Source: an uncultured Planctomycetia bacterium
GTDB taxonomy: Bacteria > Omnitrophota > Gorgyraeia > 2-01-FULL-45-10
Length of the DNA: 53,652 bases
NCBI GenBank assembly: GCA_964450115.1
Contig: CAYVCD010000002.1
Span: forward strand, 1-53,652
Direction: 5' to 3'
Shown here piece by piece: positions 7,701 to 14,345 of this stretch. Positions within the stretch are counted from its first letter, which is position 1, and each line of letters starts with the position of its first letter. The notes below the pieces were generated by a model. The model worked only from the letters and a program-made list of their open reading frames with translations. It searched no databases and was not told where the DNA came from. Position numbers and translations under genes: made by a program.

Positions 7701-10475
7701 TCAGGCGGGCAAGAGGATGATGAGGCTAATAATAATCTGAATGCTGTTACTGTGACAAGCCAGACTAAATTCGAAACCGTCCGGGATGAGGCTGCGGCCG
7801 AATTGAAAGCCGAAGGAAAAACAGATGCCGCAGCAAAACTAAGCCAACTGAAGCAAGTCCCATGGCAGTTATCGTACTCTTTTGGCCGCGGGCTGCAAAG
7901 GTCTGGCTTGAGGGCATGGGCAGGCAAAAGCAAAAACTTCGAAAAGGCTCAAGAAGCTTTGCTAGAGGCAGCGCGCACAACACAAAAGGCGCGACTAGGC
8001 TTATTGCGGGCATGGCCGAGGCCAAGCGAAGTTTCGGAGGATAAGCGCGTAGTAGTGCTTATAAGCGGAGGCGAATCTGCGGGAGTCAACAATTATTTCG
8101 CGCAATTGGCGGTCGGACTTGCAGAACAAGGCTATTCGCTGGAAGTCGTGCGGTTCGGCCTCGACGGCCTGGTGCAACCCAGGGAAGAGTTCGCAAAAAA
8201 TCTAGTTTGGATTGACGAGAAGAGATCATACAGCATAATCAATATGCCGGGCGCAGTGGAGGGGACAGCGAGAGTCAGTTTAAGCGATGAGAAACATCCG
8301 GAATATATGCAAAACGCGGTCGCTAATCTTAAGGGTTATTGTAAAACGGTCATCATGGTGGGCGGCAGCGACCATATGGCCGAGGCGACAAAGATATCCA
8401 ATGAACTGCGCGCTCAGGGCATCAATGATATGGTGGTCATAGCGCTTCCGAAGAGCGTAGATTATGATGCGCCCAATGTCTATATGATAGGGGCCGATAC
8501 CGCGGGTTCTTACGCCAATAAATTTGTTATTCGCGCCGCACCTATGCCGTGGGAGAAGAAGGTGGTTGTGAGCGAAATTATGGGTAGGGATAGCGGTTAT
8601 CTGACAGTTAGCGCGGCAAACATGAATACGGCTGACAGGTCAGGATACACCGAGGCCGAATTGAGAAAGATGAAGGCAATAGCGCCTACTTTGATAGCCC
8701 TTATACCGGAATGGTCAGTGGATGAAAGAGGCGCATCCATCGTATCTCTTGCAGATGTCGTCAATGCGGTGAAACGGCGCATGAATAAATATGGCGCTGC
8801 CACTGTCGTTGTTTCCGAGGGATTCAGAATATCGCCGGATGACGAGTTACTCCGGAGAATACTGGAAAACCCGTTCTTTAAGGACAAATTTACGAATGTG
8901 AAAAAAGATAAACAAGGAAATCTGCTCTTTAACGAGATAGGTATAGGCAATTTCGTTACCGAGGCTCTTTCAATAGCGCTCGGCGAGGAGTTAAAGCTCG
9001 AACGGGAGAAGAACCTTTTGTACGAACTCCCGGGATACAGCTTCCGCTGTGTTCAGCCGGGTGAGATCGATATGGCAGTTGCGGACAGCGCAACGGCAAA
9101 AGCTGCGGATATGATAATCAATAGAAGAGATGAAGTTATTCAAAGGGGCGGCGTATGTATAGCAATAAAGCGCGGCATAAAATCCGCATCCGATATTAAA
9201 GCGGAGGTGCGCGACCTTCCGCAATCAAAAGGGACGGTAAGTCTTAAAGATTTTGTTATATTCACAAAAGACGAGCTGGCAGCTAAGAACGTGCTCGGCC
9301 TTGCCGACGAAAGCGCGCCACTTCCGGACATGGGGTCAGCCGCTTCACTGCCAGCGTTCCGTGAGAAAGACTTATCTCTGCTGGTAGAGGCGATTAATTC
9401 CCAGAGCGAATCAGCGCGTGATATGAGGAGATTGAATATATGCACCATAGCCGGTCAGGATGCCGACATGCTGATATCGCGGGTCGCATCGCACAAACCG
9501 TTGTCCTTAGCCGAGAGCTATGTGCATGAAAGAACGTCCGGCGCTGTCATGTATGTTACAGCGGGCCAATCCGGTGCTTTGTCATTGGGAAGATTGATCG
9601 ACGAGATAAACCAGCGCTATACGGCAAATCAGCATGGGATAAGATTCGCGAATGTGGTGATCTCTGCGAATGTCCTGTTTAAAGAAAACGATGAAACACT
9701 TGTAAGACTGCAAAAAGATAATCCGTCATTTGCAGCTCTTGTGGCGGCAGCCAAAAAAGATGCTGACGGTTTCCTGAATTTCGGCCGTCATATAGCGGAT
9801 GTTGTAACGATGGCGCTATCTATCGATAAAAAGATATCAGGCATAAGAAAGAATGTGCTCGGCGAATCGCTGAATTCTCTGCCGCAGGTCGCGCCTGCGC
9901 CAGCGCCTGAAGTGGCGATAGAAAGCAGCGTATCGGTACTACAGGGTATTATGAAGCTGGTCCAGGCGGAGTGGCTCGATGGTTGGCTGAATTTCGAAGG
10001 GCTTGCCAAGGCTGTGCAGCTGGCTGAGTGTCAGGGGAAGATCATAACAGATGACGATAATTCTACGATGATATTCTCCGAGATATCGACATTCGGAAAA
10101 CGCAATGAGGACGGCACCTATGAAGAGGGCTTAGGCATTATACTGCCAAGCCTCGTGAAGTCGGATATCAGGGTAGCCGTAGTGGCTACAACAAGCCGGC
10201 AGAAGGTGCTGATAGACGAGCTTAACGCAGGCCTGACCGAGGGCCAACAGATCATACATGCCGAAAGCGTTCCGGAGGTAATGGCAAAGATAAAGACGGC
10301 GCGCTACTATTACTTCAAGGTAGCGTCCGAAGCCGATGCCGGAACCGGCGTTACATCGATAACGATCATAGTAAAGAAGATACTCGACGCGATAGGGAAG
10401 GTAGCGGATATCATCAATCCTACAGTGATCGAACAGATGCACGAAGCTGCGCGTCAATTCGCGGCTGCGGCGTAA
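1779..10475 (+). CDS. giant multidomain protein 1 (2,898 aa): signal-peptide-like N-terminus, unknown modules, class I aldolase + PFK-like domains
   Basis: Uninterrupted 8,697-nt frame. AGGAG Shine-Dalgarno about 8 nt upstream of ATG 1779. N-terminus [30 protein letters not shown]. Seven Pro/Ala linkers split it into modules. Aldolase and PFK motifs are listed separately. Confidence 0.9.
   Translation: [2898 protein letters not shown]
5550..5573 (+). repeat. Pro/Ala linker nucleotide motif (copy encoding PAATPAPA)
   Basis: CCTGCGGCAACGCCAGCGCCGGCA is 23/24 identical to 6870-6893. Shorter versions (GCGCCTGCGGCAAC or close variants) occur at 4086-4099, 4515-4528, 5118-5134 and 9891-9911, plus a P/A stretch at 6071-6100. 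Confidence 0.8.
6870..6893 (+). repeat. Pro/Ala linker nucleotide motif (copy immediately upstream of the aldolase domain)
   Basis: CCTGCGGCAACGCCGGCGCCGGCA encodes PAATPAPA; 23/24 identical to 5550-5573. Confidence 0.8.
6900..7990 (+). other. class I fructose-bisphosphate aldolase domain inside giant ORF1
   Basis: [44 protein letters not shown] matches the class I FBA N-terminal signature. Also PIIEPEVL, Schiff-base-type Lys in VVLKTSMIL (AAA at 7575-7577), LSGGQE and SYSFGRGLQ. Confidence 0.85.
8043..9180 (+). other. phosphofructokinase-family (PFK-like, divergent) domain inside giant ORF1
   Basis: [15 protein letters not shown] (cf. SGGDAPGMN), [13 protein letters not shown] (cf. GGDGS), ALPKSVDYD (cf. 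PGTIDND), [10 protein letters not shown] (cf. MGR), PGYSFRC (cf. GHIQRGG). Several substrate-binding positions are substituted, so activity is uncertain. Confidence 0.7.
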
Positions 10476-10497
10476 AGAGAACGAGCTTACTTTAACC

Positions 10498-10525
10498 AGT
10501 AGGGCACCTTTAAAGGTGCCCTACT
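10498..10525 (+). terminator. perfect 28-nt palindrome after giant ORF1 (hairpin without a clear U-tract)
   Basis: AGTAGGGCACCTTT|AAAGGTGCCCTACT, 23 nt after the ORF1 stop. No T-run follows, so it could be a weak or factor-dependent terminator or an RNA-stability hairpin. Confidence 0.4.
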
Positions 10526-10551
10526 CGGTATATATCCCTCGAATAATTCGC

Positions 10552-10580
10552 TTTACAATCAAATACATCTATGATATGAT
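10552..10580 (+). promoter_or_regulatory. candidate rpsO promoter (extended -10)
   Basis: TTTACA (10552-10557), 17-nt spacer ending TGa, TATGAT (10575-10580). AGGAAAGG Shine-Dalgarno precedes ATG 10607. Confidence 0.45.
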
Positions 10581-10606
10581 GCCTCAAACAATAGGAAAGG
10601 TATAAA

Positions 10607-10876
10607 ATGAGTTTAACAAAAGTGAAGAAGACGGAGTTGATAGGCGGCTATAAGGTGCATGAAAAAGACACCGGTTCGCCAGCTGTGCAGGTAGCGCTTT
10701 TAACGGAACGGATAAATTCTCTTTCAGGCCATTTCAAATCGCATAAGAAAGACCACCATTCAAGGCAGGGGTTACTGCGCATGGTCAGTGTCCGTAGAAG
10801 ACTTCTGGAGTATCTAAAGAAGAAGAGCCCGGATGAATATCAGGGCATCATAAAGAAACTGGACTTAAGGAAATAG
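10607..10876 (+). CDS. rpsO: 30S ribosomal protein S15
   Basis: 89 aa. [52 protein letters not shown] is the S15 signature. Canonical position upstream of pnp. Confidence 0.95.
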   Translation: MSLTKVKKTELIGGYKVHEKDTGSPAVQVALLTERINSLSGHFKSHKKDHHSRQGLLRMVSVRRRLLEYLKKKSPDEYQGIIKKLDLRK

Positions 10877-10942
10877 TCCCTTGTTTCTTTATGCATATCA
10901 GCGACACCCCTTACAAATAAACCCCATAACCATAAAGGATAA

Positions 10943-13078
10943 ATGATGCAAAAATTTGAAAGAAATTTAGACCGCGAGAAGATAATCATCGAAACAGGCA
11001 GGATGGCCAAGCAGGCGGACGGCGCGGTCACCGTCCAGCTCGGTGGCACAGTAGTCCTCGTTACAGCTGTCTGTTCAAAGCGTTTAAGACCCGATCTTGA
11101 TTTCTTCCCCATGACATGCGAATACCAGGAGAAGACCTATGCCGCAGGGAAGATCCCGGGAGGTTTCTTCAAACGCGAAGGCCGTCCAACAGAGAAGGAG
11201 ATATTGACCGCCCGCCTGATAGACAGGCCCATAAGGCCGTTATTCGGCAAGGGTTTCATGAATGAGCTTCAGTTGGTGGCCATAGTCATTTCCAGCGACA
11301 GCGAGAACGATTCCGACATACTGGCCATGATAGGCGCATCCACAGCCCTCACGATATCGGATATTCCGTTCAACGGGCCGATAGCCGCGGTAAGAGTGGG
11401 TAGGATCGGCGGAGAGTTCGTATTGAACCCGACATTTAAAGAATTAGAGTCAAGCGACCTGGATCTCGTGGTAGCCGGTAACAGGACGAGCGTTCTTATG
11501 GTAGAGTCCGGAAGCAAAGAGTTGCCGGAAGATACGCTTTTGGATGCCATAAAGTTCGGCCATAAAGAGATGCAGGTCATCATAGACCTACAGGAAGAGA
11601 TGGCGAAGGCCTGCGGAAAGCCGAAGAGAGAGATCGCTCTGCGTGACGTGGACGCGGATCTTTTGAAGAGCGTCAAAAGCGGTTCGGTCGCTAAATTAGA
11701 CGAGGTAAACAGATTAAGCACCAAAGAACAGCGCGAAGAGGCGATGGACCTGCTCCTGAAAGATCTTGTAGAGAAGCTCGTTACGGAGGAGTCCGAGGTT
11801 TCCGAAAAAGATGTCAAATACGCGCTTGAGGAAGTTGAAAAAGAAGAGGTCAGGAAGTTCATCGTAGAGAAGAGAAAGCGCGTTGATGGTAGAAAATTTG
11901 ATGAGATAAGAAAGATCACATGCGAAGTCGGGCTATTGCCCAGGACTCATGGGTCGGGCTTATTCACAAGAGGCCAGACGCAGAGCCTGTCGGTCACCAC
12001 TTTAGGTACAAGCGCTGACGAGCAGATCATAGACGCCCTGGAGGGTGAGTCGCAGAAGGGCTTTATGCTGCACTATAACTTCCCGCCGTTCTCGGTCGGA
12101 GAGGTGAAGCCGATGAGAGGCCCCGGAAGGCGCGAGATAGGACACGGCGCTTTAGCGGAAAGAGCCTTAAGGCCGGTCATGCCGAGCAAAGATGCTTTCC
12201 CTTATACGGTAAGGGTTGTTTCTGATATATTGGAGTCGAACGGTTCGTCAAGCATGGCGACCGTGTGCGCAAGCACTCTTTCGCTTATGGATGCCGGCGT
12301 GCCGGTCTCCGATCCTGTCAGCGGTATAGCGATGGGCCTAATTAAGGAAGATAAAGAGGTCATCATATTGACAGATATAGGCGGAGTCGAGGACCATTAC
12401 GGAGACATGGACTTCAAAGCGGCAGGCACGAAGAATGGAGTCACCGCCCTACAGATGGACTTGAAGATACAGGGGATAAGTTACGAAGTGCTTAAAGAGG
12501 CTCTTGAGTCCGCCAAGAAAGCCCGCCTCGTCATATTGGAAAAGATGATGCAGGTCATAGGCCAGCCGAAGAACGATGTTTCGACATTTGCGCCCAAGAT
12601 AGTGGTCCTGAAAATTAATGTGGAGAAGATCGGCGCGGTCATCGGACCCGGCGGCAAGATAATAAAGAAGATAATACAGGATACGGGCGCCACGGTAGAT
12701 ATAGACGACGACGGCACTGTACAGGTTGCGGGTACCGATCCCAAGGCCATAGAGATGGCGGTAGCCATAATAAAAGGCATAACCGAAGAGCCTGAGGTAG
12801 GCAAGGTATACAGGGCAAAAGTAAAAAAGATCATGAACTTCGGAGTTTTTGTAGAGATACTCCCGGGGAAAGAGGGCCTTGTGCACGTTTCGGAGCTTTC
12901 CAATACATTCGTAAAGAACGTGGAAGAGGTAGCCAAGCTCGGCGATGAATTCGATGTGAAGCTTACGGAGATAGACGCGCAGGGCAGGCTAAATCTTTCG
13001 AAGAAACAGGCGGACCCGAACTACAAGCCCGGCGATGATAAAGGGAAGCCCCAGGACGATTCGCGCCGCCGCAGATAA
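10943..13078 (+). CDS. pnp: polyribonucleotide nucleotidyltransferase (PNPase)
   Basis: 711 aa. IETGRMAKQADGAV start, two RNase PH-like halves (FPPFSVGE, GRREIGHGALAERAL), a KH segment (GPGGKIIKKI) and an S1 domain (GKVYRAKVKKIMNFGVFVEILPGKEGLVHVSEL). Confidence 0.95.
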   Translation: MMQKFERNLDREKIIIETGRMAKQADGAVTVQLGGTVVLVTAVCSKRLRPDLDFFPMTCEYQEKTYAAGKIPGGFFKREGRPTEKEILTARLIDRPIRPLFGKGFMNELQLVAIVISSDSENDSDILAMIGASTALTISDIPFNGPIAAVRVGRIGGEFVLNPTFKELESSDLDLVVAGNRTSVLMVESGSKELPEDTLLDAIKFGHKEMQVIIDLQEEMAKACGKPKREIALRDVDADLLKSVKSGSVAKLDEVNRLSTKEQREEAMDLLLKDLVEKLVTEESEVSEKDVKYALEEVEKEEVRKFIVEKRKRVDGRKFDEIRKITCEVGLLPRTHGSGLFTRGQTQSLSVTTLGTSADEQIIDALEGESQKGFMLHYNFPPFSVGEVKPMRGPGRREIGHGALAERALRPVMPSKDAFPYTVRVVSDILESNGSSSMATVCASTLSLMDAGVPVSDPVSGIAMGLIKEDKEVIILTDIGGVEDHYGDMDFKAAGTKNGVTALQMDLKIQGISYEVLKEALESAKKARLVILEKMMQVIGQPKNDVSTFAPKIVVLKINVEKIGAVIGPGGKIIKKIIQDTGATVDIDDDGTVQVAGTDPKAIEMAVAIIKGITEEPEVGKVYRAKVKKIMNFGVFVEILPGKEGLVHVSELSNTFVKNVEEVAKLGDEFDVKLTEIDAQGRLNLSKKQADPNYKPGDDKGKPQDDSRRRR

Positions 13079-13109
13079 AAATTATTCACAATAAGTATCA
13101 CAGGCTTAA

Positions 13110-13559
13110 GTGAAGAGCGTAAAAATACTCCTCAAGAAGAAGGAAGGCTGTCAGGACCTGCCCGTTCCGAGGTATGCGACTTCCGGATCAAGCGGGGTGG
13201 ATCTTTACGCGGACGTTAACGAAGACGTAATATTATTGCCAGGCGATATTAAGCTTATATCGGCTGGCATTTATATTAGTATCCCGGAAGGCTATGAGGC
13301 CGAAGTACGCCCCAGGAGCGGGTTGGCCTTAAAACACGGTATAAGCCTTGTCAATACTCCCGGCACGATCGACTCCGATTATCGCGGGCTGGTGAACCTG
13401 ATAATGATAAATCACGGCAAGGAACCGTTCACTATACGCAGGGCAGACAGGGTCGCGCAGATGATCATAAAGGAGGTCGTGAGGGCAGATATAGAAGTGA
13501 CAGAGAACCTCGACGACACAGTCCGTTCCCATGGTGGATTCGGACATACCGGAAAATAG
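13110..13559 (+). CDS. dut: dUTP diphosphatase
   Basis: GSSGVDLYA, RPRSGLALKHGI, NTPGTIDSDYRG and C-terminal RSHGGFGHTG motifs. GTG start at 13110. Confidence 0.9.
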   Translation: MKSVKILLKKKEGCQDLPVPRYATSGSSGVDLYADVNEDVILLPGDIKLISAGIYISIPEGYEAEVRPRSGLALKHGISLVNTPGTIDSDYRGLVNLIMINHGKEPFTIRRADRVAQMIIKEVVRADIEVTENLDDTVRSHGGFGHTGK

Positions 13560-13562
13560 TAG

Positions 13563-14333
13563 ATGACTATAATCCAGGCGGTTACTTCAGGGATAGTCCA
13601 GGGCATTACAGAATTCTTCCCCATATCGAGTTCCGGACATCTTGTACTTCTACATACCGTATTTGGTTTTAAAGAAGAGATGTTGGCCTTCGATCTATTC
13701 CTGCATTTTGGAACGATAGTTTCAGTAGTGGTATTTTTCCGCAAAGATATATCCCAGATGCTTCAGAAGGACAGCCGGCTGCTTAAATTCATCGTAATAG
13801 CCTCTATACCTACTTTCATAATAGGATTGCTGCTCAAGGATGCTGCGGAAACTTTCTTCGCGATGCCTTTGGTCGTGGGATCCTCACTTATCATAACGGG
13901 CCTATTTCTTTTATTCACGAGCATCTCTGCCATATATTGGAAGATCGTCAGGCGGCCGAGGCCGCTGGGTATGAAAAATTCCATAGCCATAGGTATAGCG
14001 CAGGGTATCGCGGTCCTGCCCGGCATATCACGAAGCGGAGCTACGATAGGGACAGCGCTGATAATGGGGATGGATGAGGTCGAAGCGCTTAAATTTTCTT
14101 TCCTGCTTTCTATCCCCGCGGTTTTAGGGGCAAATGTATTGAAGGTGCGCCAGATTTGTGGTAATCTTATATCTGGCGATACCGTAGCTTTCCTGGCAGG
14201 AGCCATAGCTGCCGCGATCACGGGCTTTCTTGTGATAAAGGTGCTGTACGGTATCATGAAGAAGAATCTGTTATTCCTTTTCGGCATATATTGTATGTTG
14301 ATAGGCGCTGCGGTCGTGATATTATCTAAATAG
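13563..14333 (+). CDS. uppP: undecaprenyl-diphosphate phosphatase
   Basis: GIVQGITEFFPISSSGHL N-terminal signature and PGISRSGATI motif. Polytopic hydrophobic 256-aa protein. Confidence 0.9.
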   Translation: MTIIQAVTSGIVQGITEFFPISSSGHLVLLHTVFGFKEEMLAFDLFLHFGTIVSVVVFFRKDISQMLQKDSRLLKFIVIASIPTFIIGLLLKDAAETFFAMPLVVGSSLIITGLFLLFTSISAIYWKIVRRPRPLGMKNSIAIGIAQGIAVLPGISRSGATIGTALIMGMDEVEALKFSFLLSIPAVLGANVLKVRQICGNLISGDTVAFLAGAIAAAITGFLVIKVLYGIMKKNLLFLFGIYCMLIGAAVVILSK

Positions 14334-14345
14334 GTATAGGGGCCG

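Noticed and set aside
6900-7990. Class I aldolase as a sign of eukaryotic contamination.
   Set aside because: It is embedded in frame in a bacterial-style ORF flanked by bacterial housekeeping genes, and class I FBAs also occur in bacteria.
10877-10942. rpsO-pnp intergenic region as an RNase III-type regulatory hairpin, as in enterobacteria.
   Set aside because: No convincing stem-loop is visible by eye in these 66 nt.
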